The notes beneath the pieces are model-generated. The model worked only from the letters and a program-made list of their open reading frames with translations. It had not been told where the DNA came from and did not search any database. DNA of 64,000 nt from an uncultured delta proteobacterium (GTDB taxonomy: Bacteria; Desulfobacterota; Desulfobaccia; Desulfobaccales; 0-14-0-80-60-11): positions 1,952,001 to 2,016,000 of the forward strand of contig CAWETI010000003.1 in NCBI GenBank assembly GCA_963812015.1, given 5' to 3'. The translations under genes and the position numbers were made by a program. Shown here piece by piece: positions 19,509 to 29,397 of this stretch (positions are counted from its first letter, which is position 1; each line of letters starts with the position of its first letter).

Positions 19509-20654
19509 TTATCGCCGCGACGCCCTGAAAGCCTCCCAGCGCGCCTGCACAAACCGACTGAACTCCCCCTCGAAGCGCTCGCGGCTGAAACGGACGGCGT
19601 TGGCCCGGCAGGCAGCCGGGTCGATGTCTGCCCGGAGGCGTTCGAAATGGGCCAGGGCCGCGGCCAGGGACCGGCTTGACTGCTCCGGGAAAAACACCCC
19701 GGTGGTGTCGGGGGCCGCGCGCTCACCCGGCCAGACCCCCCGGACCGTTTCCCGGGCCCCGCCCCGGCCATAGGCGATGACCGGCGTGCCGCACGCCTGG
19801 GCCTCCACCAGGGCAATGCCGAAATCCTCCTCCGCCGCAAAGATAAATCCCCGGGCCCGCTGCATCAGATCCTCCACCACGGTATCCGGCTGATAGCCCA
19901 GCACCTCGATGCCGGGGTTGGCCTTGGCCTTGATCTTTTTGAGTTCCGGGCCGTCTCCCACCACCACCAGTTTCCGGCCCAGTCGGGCGCAGGTCTCCAC
20001 AATGAGATCAACTCGCTTATAGGACTCCAGGCGGGTGACGGTGAGATAGAAATCCTCTTTGGCCGTCTTCGGCGTGAACCGCTCCACCTCTATGGGAGGA
20101 TGGATCACCGTGCTGCGGCGGCGATAGAGGTGCCAGAGGCGGCGGGCGATGTGGCGGGAACTGGTGATGAAATGGTCCACCCGGGGCGTATTGGCCACAT
20201 CCCAGAGGCGCAGATAGTGCAGGACTAGGCGGGCCGCCAGGGACCTGAGGCCGCGGTCCAGGCCAGCCGCGGCCAGGTACTGATGGGTCAGGTCCCAGGC
20301 ATAGCGGGCGGGCGTATAGCAGTAACAGATGTGCAGCTGCTGCCCGTGGGTCAGCACGCCTTTGGCCACCGCCGACGACGACGAGATCACCAGGTCGGCG
20401 GCGGACAGATCAAAGCTTTCCACGGCCAGGGGCATCAGGGGCAGATAATAACGGCGAAACGCCCGGGCCCCCGGCAGTTTTTGGAGAAAAGACGGCCGTA
20501 CCGGCAGGCCCTGCAAAAAGGCGCGTTTTTCCGGGGGCAGAAAGTCCACCGTGGTGTAGATGGCCGCCACCGGCAGACAATGCAGAATGGCCTCCATCAC
20601 CTTTTCGGAACCCATGTAGGTATACAACCAATCGTGCACCAGGACCGTGTGCAT
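19509..20654 (-). CDS. Glycosyltransferase family 4
   Basis: VHDWL..GSEKV, YTPARYAWD, EDFGIALVEAQACGTPVIA. Confidence 0.92.
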   Translation of the reverse strand: MHTVLVHDWLYTYMGSEKVMEAILHCLPVAAIYTTVDFLPPEKRAFLQGLPVRPSFLQKLPGARAFRRYYLPLMPLAVESFDLSAADLVISSSSAVAKGVLTHGQQLHICYCYTPARYAWDLTHQYLAAAGLDRGLRSLAARLVLHYLRLWDVANTPRVDHFITSSRHIARRLWHLYRRRSTVIHPPIEVERFTPKTAKEDFYLTVTRLESYKRVDLIVETCARLGRKLVVVGDGPELKKIKAKANPGIEVLGYQPDTVVEDLMQRARGFIFAAEEDFGIALVEAQACGTPVIAYGRGGARETVRGVWPGERAAPDTTGVFFPEQSSRSLAAALAHFERLRADIDPAACRANAVRFSRERFEGEFSRFVQARWEAFRASRR

Positions 20655-20716
20655 GGCAAGACCCTTCCCTCGTGTGTTGAAGTTTCCGTGAGCCGGGCCC
20701 CGGGCCCGACCCAACC

Positions 20717-21817
20717 TTAGCGCCCCAGGACCTCCTGAAAAACCCGGAGGAGCTGTCGGGCCGCGTTCTCCCAGGAGAACCGGGCGACGCGTTCCCGGCC
20801 CCGGCGCCGCAAATCATCCCGAAGCGCTTCATCGGTTAACAGCCAGGTGAGCTGCGCCTGCATATCCTCCCGGCTATAGGGGTCGCAGAAGAGCGCCGCG
20901 TCGCCCAACACCTCGGTGAGAGCGCCAGCCCGGGAGGCAAGAACGGGCGTGCCCGCGGCCAGGGCCTCCAGGGGGGGCAGCCCAAAACCCTCGTAGAGCG
21001 AGGGATAAACCAGGGCCTCGGCGTGGGCATACAAGGCCGCGAGGTGCGTATCGCTGACGTAATCGAGCCACACCACCGACGGACAGGTATTCCCCGGGGA
21101 AAGCCGGCCCCGTCGGCCCACCACGACCAACCGCCGCCCCTGTTTGACGCCCGCCGGCAAACCGGCCCACATCGTGAGCAGCCGGGTCAGATTTTTTCGG
21201 GGATCGCCGGGGCCCAAGGCCAGGACAAAAGGCTGCCCCGCCGCCAGCCCCAATTCCTGGAGCACATCCGGCTCGGGGTCCGAAAAGGCGGTGAGGCCGT
21301 TGGGGATCACGACGATATCCTGCTCCCGGGTGACGACCCGGTACTTCAGGAGTTCGGACCGGGAGAAGTGGCTGACAGTGACGATCTTGCGGGCCCGACG
21401 ACCGAGACGGGGGAGCAGCAGCCGGTAGAAGGTACGGAACGCGGGGGTGAACCAGGCCGGTTGGGCGAAGACTGCGGCGTCGGCTATCGTGACCACCTGG
21501 GGCAGACCTCCGGTTACCAGGGGCGCGGTGTTGGCGGGAGACCACAATAATGCCGCCCCGGCTTGCCTGGCCAGCCAGGGAAGCCGAGTGAGCTCCCAGA
21601 GGTAACCGGACAGCGGGACGGCATCTCGCCAGACGCCGGGCAGCCCCCCGGCGGAGGCAGTATGGGGGGCGACAATCAGCCAGCGGTAAGGGGAGTCAAG
21701 ATCCAGCAGGGCCTGGACCATTTCCCGGCTATAACGCTGTACCCCTGTGGCGACATGGGCGGCCAGAAATCTGCCATTGATCACGATGAGGAGGGAGGAA
21801 GCCACGGGGCGGGACAT
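20717..21817 (-). CDS. Glycosyltransferase family 4
   Basis: TGVQRY, PRKNL, YPSLYEGFGLPPLEALAAGTPV, FSWE. Confidence 0.92.
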   Translation of the reverse strand: MSRPVASSLLIVINGRFLAAHVATGVQRYSREMVQALLDLDSPYRWLIVAPHTASAGGLPGVWRDAVPLSGYLWELTRLPWLARQAGAALLWSPANTAPLVTGGLPQVVTIADAAVFAQPAWFTPAFRTFYRLLLPRLGRRARKIVTVSHFSRSELLKYRVVTREQDIVVIPNGLTAFSDPEPDVLQELGLAAGQPFVLALGPGDPRKNLTRLLTMWAGLPAGVKQGRRLVVVGRRGRLSPGNTCPSVVWLDYVSDTHLAALYAHAEALVYPSLYEGFGLPPLEALAAGTPVLASRAGALTEVLGDAALFCDPYSREDMQAQLTWLLTDEALRDDLRRRGRERVARFSWENAARQLLRVFQEVLGR

Positions 21818-21824
21818 GACGGCC

Positions 21825-23183
21825 TCAGCGGGGGGTGGGGAAGCGCCAGGCGGCGCCGCTGGTGGCCCACCAGACCCCCAGGAGGGCCCCGCCGCCCACC
21901 ACCAGGAGGACCACCAGGCCTCTGGCGAGGAACCGCTGCTTCACCTCCGAGGTCGGAGGAGCCGTTAGGGGGACTCCGGCGGCCAAACCCAGCAGCAGGT
22001 GGAAAAACCAGCTCAGCTGGGGATGAAAGAGCCCGTCCAGGAAGAGGAAATGAATGAGTTCGCCCACCAGCGGCAAGAGCAGAGCCAGAGGGGGGATGAT
22101 CGCACCCCCGCGAGGGGCCAGGGTCCGCCGGACCAGCCGTCCGACGATGACCAGCAGCGCCCCGACATACAGCAGGAGAAACGGAAAGCCTAGGTCCACC
22201 AGAAAGGTGAGGTAATTATTTTCGCTGGTCCGCAACTCCCGGGTCCATTCGGCGAAGTCTGCCTTGGTAAGATACGGATACCTAATCTGATAGGTCTCCA
22301 GATAGGCCTCCCGGGGACTCCACAGGCCAATGCCGAACAGGGGGTGCTGCCGGGCCAGATACCAGGAAAAAGAAAGGTTTTCCACCCGATAAGAAACGGA
22401 ATCGTGGGAGCGATTCTTGAAGTGGGACAGGGACAAAAGTGCGCCACTGGCCACCAGGGCGGTCACAAACAGGGCGAGCAGGACCCCGGCGAACTGCCGC
22501 CGGGGCCAGCGCCGCAGGCAGGCCGCCGCCAGACACATGACCGCCGGCAGCAGCACCGCGGTGCCTTTGTTGGCATAGCGGGCGGCCAGCAGCAGGAGCA
22601 GATAGGCCCCGGCCAGTAGCGCTCCGGCCGCCGCCTGCCACCGCCGGGAGGCACCTAACACCAGGGTCAAGGGGGCAAAGGACAGCAGGATTAGCCGGCC
22701 GGCCACAGGATGGTAATGGGAATCCACCAGATCAGAGATATTGCCATACCAAAAATAGCTGAGAAATCCCAACCCCACCAGAATACTGAAGAGGCCGGCA
22801 CAGAGCCAAACCAGCACGGTTTGCCGGTGCGCCGTAGTCAGCAACAGCCGGCCACCCCAGTAGCCCCCCAATCCGGCGGCTAGGATGGAAAAGGCCCGGG
22901 TGAGGGATATAGCCGGGACGGGGCTCAAGACGCTGCTGATCAGGGCGAGAACCACCAGCCCGGCGCAAAGGAGCATTTCTCGACTATGCCGGCGCAGGGA
23001 GCCGGGGACCCCGATGAGAATCAGGGTGAACGTCACCGCGGCCAGGAGGCTCGAAAAGAGGTTCACCCGCCTGCTGTTCAGGATCACGACATACGGCTGC
23101 AGGAAGGTCACTTGGATGGTGGTGGCCAGGAAGCACGCCCAGGCGATCTGCTCCCGGGAAATAGCTCTGAAAGATCGCGTCAT
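21825..23183 (-). CDS. O-antigen ligase (Wzy_C) family membrane protein
   Basis: Many TM helices; SVSYR...HPLFGIG...ENNYL..LVDLG motif; adjacent glycosyltransferases. Confidence 0.75.
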   Translation of the reverse strand: MTRSFRAISREQIAWACFLATTIQVTFLQPYVVILNSRRVNLFSSLLAAVTFTLILIGVPGSLRRHSREMLLCAGLVVLALISSVLSPVPAISLTRAFSILAAGLGGYWGGRLLLTTAHRQTVLVWLCAGLFSILVGLGFLSYFWYGNISDLVDSHYHPVAGRLILLSFAPLTLVLGASRRWQAAAGALLAGAYLLLLLAARYANKGTAVLLPAVMCLAAACLRRWPRRQFAGVLLALFVTALVASGALLSLSHFKNRSHDSVSYRVENLSFSWYLARQHPLFGIGLWSPREAYLETYQIRYPYLTKADFAEWTRELRTSENNYLTFLVDLGFPFLLLYVGALLVIVGRLVRRTLAPRGGAIIPPLALLLPLVGELIHFLFLDGLFHPQLSWFFHLLLGLAAGVPLTAPPTSEVKQRFLARGLVVLLVVGGGALLGVWWATSGAAWRFPTPR

Positions 23184-23598
23184 AGAATAAATTTCCCACC
23201 GTCCCGGGCTCCCGGGACCGGCTGCGCCCACGGCGTCTGGTTAACCGGAGCCTACGTCGGTGCAGTGCCTGCCATCCTGGGATAATCATCACGGGAGTCT
23301 TCCCCATGATCCGAGACTATCCTGCAGCCTGGGAGCGGCCGGTCCCAAAGCGGCAGTTGAAATCCCTTAAACCCCATCTTCTCAGGGGCAACCCTTCAGG
23401 TGCGAAGCAGGATAGCACAAAATCAACGGTTCACCAAATTTCGGGCCCACCCACCATTCGACTTCCGGCTCGTCAGGCTCCAGGACGACCCTCGGCGGCC
23501 CCTGGCGGCCCGGCAGCCAGACAATGAGCGGCCAAGCGGACCGGCCCCAGGCCGGCCAGCCTCGCCGTTTTTATAACCTTGGAGAATTATTGGACATA

Positions 23599-25470
23599 TT
23601 ATTCAGTGCAGACCAGGCGCAGGGCATAATTGGGTCTTTTGCGGGTCAAATTGGGATTATAATACGGGTCATGCTCGATATACCGCCCCCAGCGCTTTTG
23701 GAAATGGGCGGTTTCCGCCGCAAAGCTCCCGTAGAGGGGGGACTTGAGATGACTCATCAGATGTTTAAGCCCCCGGGTGGCGCTTTCCAGGTGATACAAT
23801 TGGGCGTAGGGGGTCCAGACCACCAGATAGCCTAATTCCCTGATTTTCAAACAAAAATCTATATCGTTATAGTTAATGGGAAAATGCCTGGCATCAAACC
23901 CGCCCACGCGCCGAAAGAGATCTTTCTTAAACAACATACAGGCGCCGGTGACGGCGCTGCAGTTTCTCGTCACATGGAGGAAATCAGCGTACCCGCCATG
24001 GTCCCGGGGAAAAAATTGAAAAGCATGGCCGACGCTTCCCCCGAGGCCGATGATCACCCCGGCGTGTTGAATCGTGTCATCAGGATAGAACAGTTTGGCC
24101 CCCACCACCCCGACTTCCGCCCGTTGGATATGTTCCACCATGGCGCTGAGCCAGCCGGAATTGATCACTTCAATGTCGTTATTGAGGCATAAGATATAAT
24201 TGCTTTCCGCCTGGTCGACGCCAAAATTGATAATTTCAGAATAGTTAAATTCTTTATTGAAATCATGGAGGGTTACCAAAGGGTTTTTTTGGATTTTCTC
24301 CAAGTATTCAAATGTCTCTGCCTCAGTACTTTGGTTATTTATTAAAATGATTTCATAGTTATGATAATCAGTCTTGTGAAAAATACTTTCCAGGCATCTT
24401 TGGAGTAATGCTCCTTTATCTTTAAAGGAAATCACCAGGCAAATTTTTGGTTGGTTTGGGATAGATCGCTTCAGGCGGTATAAACCTGGAGCAATGCCGT
24501 CACACACTTCACCTGCCAGTCCATTCCGTTGCATGTATTCCATCAGCGCCTTTTTGCCGGCGGCGTGGGCATACTGTTTCGCCTCCTGGTGATACGCCGC
24601 CGACCCCTTCAGCATGCGCCAGTGATATAGAATTTTAGGGATGTGGAAGATTTTCTCGGGACTGGTCGCCTCAATCAACCGCAGCACCAGATCATAGTCT
24701 TGGGAACCATCATAGCCCGCCCTAAAACCCCCGAGCCCCTCAATGATCTCTTTGCGGTACACTCCCAGATGGCAGGTGTACATCATCGACAAGAAGAGGT
24801 CAGGGGACCAGTCGGGCTTGAAGAAAGGCAACTGTCTTCTGCCCCGTTCACTGATTTTGTCTTCGTCGGAGTAAATGAAATCGGCCTCCGGGTGTTCATT
24901 CAGGACCTTAACCACCTCAAACAGGGCCAGGGGCGACAACTCGTCATCATGGTCCAGGAGGGCGATGAACTCCCCGGTGGCCATGGCCAGAGCGGCATTG
25001 GAGGCCCCGGCGATATGCCGGCAGCGAGTCCCCCACGAAATCTTGATCCTTGGGTCCCCACGGGCCTCCCAGCGCTTCAGACACTGGCGGGTGGCGGGAT
25101 TGGCCGAGGCGTCATCATGCAGGCACAATTCCCAATTGTCGTAGAACTGGCGAACCACAGAGTCGATGCACGCATCCAACCAGGCGGGGTCGACATTATA
25201 CACCGGGGTGAGCAAGGAAACCTTGGGCTTATAAAAGAATCGGGCTATTTCCTGTTTCAGGGCCGGCACCGGTCGCTTCTCGGTTTTGGCTACCCAAAAC
25301 CCGTAGCCCGCCAGACGCTGAAAATAGAGAAAACCCTGCTCCAGGAAAAATAACAGGTTGCCTCTTCTCAGTTCCCTGATCCCTTTCTGCACCATTCTTC
25401 CCCAACGATGACGCCCCAAGGTGCGCTGCTGGGAAGACCATTCTTTTGGGATCGAATCTTTGTTGTTCAT
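23599..25470 (-). CDS. Glycosyltransferase family 2 with two GT2 domains
   Basis: LLTPVYN, LLDHDDEL, YSDEDK, GSQDYDL, LNNDIE, SAVTGACM, NDIDFCL. Confidence 0.92.
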   Translation of the reverse strand: MNNKDSIPKEWSSQQRTLGRHRWGRMVQKGIRELRRGNLLFFLEQGFLYFQRLAGYGFWVAKTEKRPVPALKQEIARFFYKPKVSLLTPVYNVDPAWLDACIDSVVRQFYDNWELCLHDDASANPATRQCLKRWEARGDPRIKISWGTRCRHIAGASNAALAMATGEFIALLDHDDELSPLALFEVVKVLNEHPEADFIYSDEDKISERGRRQLPFFKPDWSPDLFLSMMYTCHLGVYRKEIIEGLGGFRAGYDGSQDYDLVLRLIEATSPEKIFHIPKILYHWRMLKGSAAYHQEAKQYAHAAGKKALMEYMQRNGLAGEVCDGIAPGLYRLKRSIPNQPKICLVISFKDKGALLQRCLESIFHKTDYHNYEIILINNQSTEAETFEYLEKIQKNPLVTLHDFNKEFNYSEIINFGVDQAESNYILCLNNDIEVINSGWLSAMVEHIQRAEVGVVGAKLFYPDDTIQHAGVIIGLGGSVGHAFQFFPRDHGGYADFLHVTRNCSAVTGACMLFKKDLFRRVGGFDARHFPINYNDIDFCLKIRELGYLVVWTPYAQLYHLESATRGLKHLMSHLKSPLYGSFAAETAHFQKRWGRYIEHDPYYNPNLTRKRPNYALRLVCTE

Positions 25471-25928
25471 AGAGATAGTTAGTCTCGACACTCTTGGCGC
25501 ATCCGGCCAAACAAGCCCGGCCGGGAGGGCTCCGGCGCCAAGGCATTACTTTGACGATGAGCGAAAGGTGGAGTTTTTCGGGGCAGGCCCAGAGGGGTCA
25601 CTCCCCCTACGATCTTAATACAGAATCTCCTGGAGGGAAAGTCCCTTCAAGACCTGTCTACCCTTTCTTCGACTATATGGCAAAGGTCAGCGATGGAAAG
25701 CGATCAAATGGATGGAGAATTTATCCGATTAATATCTGGAAGCCGGGCGAGATCAAAGATGGTCTCGCCCGATATACGCGGGTAAATGCTAGCCTTGTGA
25801 TCGGTGTTGAAGCATCAGTCAGTTAATCCTGTGATGGTCTGGTCCTCTACAATTTCCCAAAGTCAGGTGTTCGCCGGGGCCTTCACGTCCGACCCGAAGA
25901 GCGTCTTCCCGCCACCCCCCCAAGGGGG

Positions 25929-25961
25929 CCGGACAGCCGGGACGAAAAGCCCGGCTGCCGG
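25929..25961. terminator. GC-rich stem-loop just downstream of the HdrD-like gene
   Basis: ccggacagccggg-acgaaaag-cccggctgccgg inverted repeat; no clear U-tract. Confidence 0.35.
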
Positions 25962-25972
25962 CTTTCGTGCCG

Positions 25973-27241
25973 TTATTCCTCCATAATCAAGGCATCGGCC
26001 ACCATTTCCCAGATGTATTTCACCTCAATGGGTAGCTTGTACTTGACCTTCAGGTTCTTCATGATCTGGTCCCGGCAGTTGGAGCAGCCGGCGATGACCA
26101 GGTCCGCCCCGGTAGCCTCGATGTCCCGGGCCTTGAAGCCGCCGTGCTCGGTCTTTTCCTTCTCGAAGGGGCCCGGCCAGTTGCCGGCGCCGGCGCCGCA
26201 GCAGTAGCTTTCCATGCGGTTGTGGGGCATCTCCCGGAAATTTTGCATGTCGATGCAATAAGAGATGATCTTCCGGGCTTTCTCGAAGTTGGAGTCGTCT
26301 CCGAAGGCAAAGTAGGCGGAGCGGCCGTGCTTACAGGAGTCGTGCCAAGTGACGATGCGGCCTTCGTGCACGCTCTTGTCCACCTTGATCCGACCTTCCT
26401 CCAGCCACTCCAGCAGGACATCAAAGAAATAAACATAGTTGTGGCCGGTCCCGGGGCCGAACTCATCCTTGAAGTGTTTCTCGAGGTTCAAGCGGGTGCC
26501 GTAGGAAGCGCCGCCGCAGTCGGGCAGGATGAAAGTCTTGGCCTGGAGGCGTTTCATGTTCTCCACTTTGCGCCGGGCGATTTCCTTACTGGCCGCCATA
26601 TCGGCAGTAAAAATCCCCCAGTCCACCGATTCCCAGTTCTTGGCGGAGGTGGTCCAGTCGGCCTTGGCCGCATAAAAGATCTTCCACCACCACTTCATGT
26701 CGTCGGGTTCGGCGTAGGCCTCCTTGGAGTTCTGGAAGTGGAGGTAATCCGCCCCCACCTTCTCCACCGGCGTGACGAAGCCAGGGCAGCATTCTTCCGC
26801 CAGTTCCTCCCCCAACTCTTCCAGCAGGGTCACATAGTCATCCTCCGGGATGCCCATGTTGTTCCCGGTTTTTAGGACCATAGCAACCCCTTTGTGGAGG
26901 ACGCCGGGCACTTTGTCCCGGGGCCGGGCCGCCTTGGCCGCACCCCATACCTTGACCAGCTTAACGCCCATGGGGCAGCCGGCCACGCAACGTTCGCAGC
27001 CGGTGCAGATCCATACGAAGCGGGAGTCGATGAGCTCCTGGTCCATGCCGAACAGGGCCATGCGAATGGCCTTGCGGGCGTCCAGCCCCTCATCCTTGGT
27101 GCTCTCCATGCCCGTCAAGGGGCAGCCTCCCGAGCAGGTGCCGCAGGTATAACACGCATTCATGTGGGACTCGGGGAGAATATCGCGAAAGATGCTTTTA
27201 TGCCTTTTTTCTGCCAGATTGCTTAATTCCAAAAGTTCCAT
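25973..27241 (-). CDS. HdrD/GlpC-like Fe-S oxidoreductase (2x[4Fe-4S] plus CCG domain)
   Basis: CYTCGTCSGGCP, CTGCERCVAGCP, WHDSCKHGR, CCGAGAG, GCSNC. Confidence 0.88.
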   Translation of the reverse strand: MELLELSNLAEKRHKSIFRDILPESHMNACYTCGTCSGGCPLTGMESTKDEGLDARKAIRMALFGMDQELIDSRFVWICTGCERCVAGCPMGVKLVKVWGAAKAARPRDKVPGVLHKGVAMVLKTGNNMGIPEDDYVTLLEELGEELAEECCPGFVTPVEKVGADYLHFQNSKEAYAEPDDMKWWWKIFYAAKADWTTSAKNWESVDWGIFTADMAASKEIARRKVENMKRLQAKTFILPDCGGASYGTRLNLEKHFKDEFGPGTGHNYVYFFDVLLEWLEEGRIKVDKSVHEGRIVTWHDSCKHGRSAYFAFGDDSNFEKARKIISYCIDMQNFREMPHNRMESYCCGAGAGNWPGPFEKEKTEHGGFKARDIEATGADLVIAGCSNCRDQIMKNLKVKYKLPIEVKYIWEMVADALIMEE

Positions 27242-27316
27242 GAGGTTGGTTCTCCTTGCTGATTTGATCAGTGCATGGGTTGTTAAGGAGTTGTTCGTAT
27301 GATGAGCCGCAGCATC

Positions 27317-27420
27317 TTACGCAGCCATGTTCTCTACCTTTACGGCGCCCAGCTTGAACTCAGGCATCTTAGCCACGGGACCCGGAACCCGGATGGTGAT
27401 AACCTGGCTGGCACGCTCGG
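27317..27420 (-). pseudogene. Remnant C-terminus of a molybdopterin oxidoreductase (formate dehydrogenase alpha-like)
   Basis: AERASQVITIRVPGPVAKMPEFKLGAVKVENMAA* resembles the DPxxKxPE(F/Y)KxxAVKV terminus; no intact gene upstream. Confidence 0.55.
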
Positions 27421-27964
27421 CAACGTCAAATGCCGCCCCGGTCCAACCGGGCCATGACTCCATCGCTGTGGGGTTTGGCTTACCCGGCATAAACCGGTGC
27501 TTATGCACCCCGGAAGCGTTGGTTGCCGGATGAGGCACAAGGGCCGTGCCTCGCGGCCGCCCCAACCTACCAGGCGCGAGAAAACCCAGAAAAATCCCAA
27601 CGATTCAGGCGATGATCGAGTCCAGGCCAACCGGCTGGACTGGCTGAAAGGAGGTGGAAACTTGGGGAGGTCCTACCGTGGAGGAGGGAATGCGGTTTTG
27701 ACCAAACTAACCGGAATCAGATCTAATCCCAGGTGATCCGCCCCGTCCCTTTCCAGCCTGATGGGTATCCAGAGCCTTGCCAAGGCTCTGCGGTCACCTG
27801 AGCTTCAGGATTTTTTCTTGTCAGGAATCATCGGCCGATACACCCGGTATCACCTCCTTTTTTAAGAAATTACGATCATTATAGAGGGATCAGCAGGCCA
27901 ATTCAACAATTTTCGCGGGTCACCCCCGGCTTTGCCAGGTCCCGGCAGGCCGGCCTCAAGGGGC

Positions 27965-28114
27965 CACGCCAATATTTTTTATACGGTGGCCGCGGGGGAG
28001 CTAACTCCTGGGCAGGGACAGGCATTGACGGCCATGCTGGAGGCATATCGGAAAGGGGTAGAACTGGCCGACATTGAGGCTCGGCTGCCGGCTTTGGAGG
28101 GCAGGATAAAGTGA
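27965..28114 (+). pseudogene. Remnant of a phage-type small protein (DUF5681-associated C-terminal helix)
   Basis: VAAGELTPGQGQALTAMLEAYRKGVELADIEARLPALE resembles such C-termini; no credible start. Confidence 0.4.
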
Positions 28115-28367
28115 AAGGCAGGGGGGGAGATTGTTGAAACAGGAAAAGAAGCGGGGTAAAGGCGGGCTGAAAGTTTGTGTGCTGATCTTGTATAAAGGTG
28201 AGGCTATCCCCGAAATGAAAGACCTGGCCGTGCACTCAGACCCCGAGGCCACCATGATTTATTTCCATAACGACCCTAAACAAAAACAATTTTCGTAAGG
28301 TTGCAAAAATAAGGTCAAGTATTATGATACTGTTCGGGGAAAACGGATTCCGGAGGGATCAATACGC

Positions 28368-29348
28368 ATGAAAGTCCTTGTGACTGCAAGAATGCCTGAA
28401 GAGGTTTTATCCTTGATCGGCCAAGATCATCAGGTTGAGAGCTACGATGCAGATCCTCCCATTGACAGACAGAAGCTGCTTCGGAGTGTTGCGGACAAGG
28501 AGGGGCTCATTTGTACGATTACCGACCGAATCGATACGGAGGTGCTCGACCGCGCCTCGGCTCTCAAAGTGATTGCTAATTATGGGGTCGGCTTCGAGCA
28601 TATAGATGTTGAAGCCGCTACCCAACGAGGCATTCCGGTTACGAATACCCCAGGCGTGCTCACGGAAACGACGGCGGACCTGGCCTTTGCCTTGATCCTG
28701 GCAACCGCTCGCAGGGTCGTGGAAGGTGACAAAAGAGTCAGAGAGGGAAAGTTCCAATACTGGGCTCCTCTCCTTTTTTTGGGCCAGGAAGTGAGCGGCA
28801 AGACCCTGGGAATCATAGGTATGGGGCGGATTGGCCAAGCCGTGGCCAGAAGGGCCGCAGGATTCAGCATGAGGGTAATCTACCATAGCCGGACCCGGCT
28901 GGAGCCCATCGAAGAGCAAGATCTGAAGGTCTCTTTTGCGCCGTTGGAGACGTTGCTGCGGGAAGCCGATTTCGTAACCCTGCACGTCCCCCTGATGCCT
29001 CAGGCCCGGCACCTAATCGGCAGCCGAGAATTGGAACTCATGAAACCCTCGGCCTACCTCATCAACACGGCCCGAGGCCCGGTGGTCAATGAGGTGGCCC
29101 TCGTGGAAGCCTTGCGCCAGGGGCAGATTCGCGGAGCCGGCCTTGACGTTTATGAAAGAGAGCCGGAACTCAGCCAGGGTCTTTCTGACCTCGAGAACGT
29201 GGTTCTCCTGCCCCACGTGGGGAGTGCTACCGTTGAAACCCGTACCCGAATGGCTTTGATGGCAGCTGAAAATCTCTTGGCAGGACTCAGAGGCGATCTT
29301 CCCCCCAACTGCCTCAACTGGGTGGAACTCAAGAGAAATCCTGCATAA
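28368..29348 (+). CDS. D-glycerate dehydrogenase / glyoxylate-hydroxypyruvate reductase
   Basis: NTPGVLTETTAD, GMGRIG, INTARG, GLDVYEREP, PHVGSAT. Confidence 0.9.
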   Translation: MKVLVTARMPEEVLSLIGQDHQVESYDADPPIDRQKLLRSVADKEGLICTITDRIDTEVLDRASALKVIANYGVGFEHIDVEAATQRGIPVTNTPGVLTETTADLAFALILATARRVVEGDKRVREGKFQYWAPLLFLGQEVSGKTLGIIGMGRIGQAVARRAAGFSMRVIYHSRTRLEPIEEQDLKVSFAPLETLLREADFVTLHVPLMPQARHLIGSRELELMKPSAYLINTARGPVVNEVALVEALRQGQIRGAGLDVYEREPELSQGLSDLENVVLLPHVGSATVETRTRMALMAAENLLAGLRGDLPPNCLNWVELKRNPA

Positions 29349-29397
29349 GGGCTTAACACTTACCAGCAGGCAGTCTATGGAGTCCGGCAATCAGTCC

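Noticed and set aside
27846..27862. 16S rRNA 3' end (atcacctccttt)
   Set aside because: Upstream sequence is not rRNA-like; it reads as a strong Shine-Dalgarno on the minus strand
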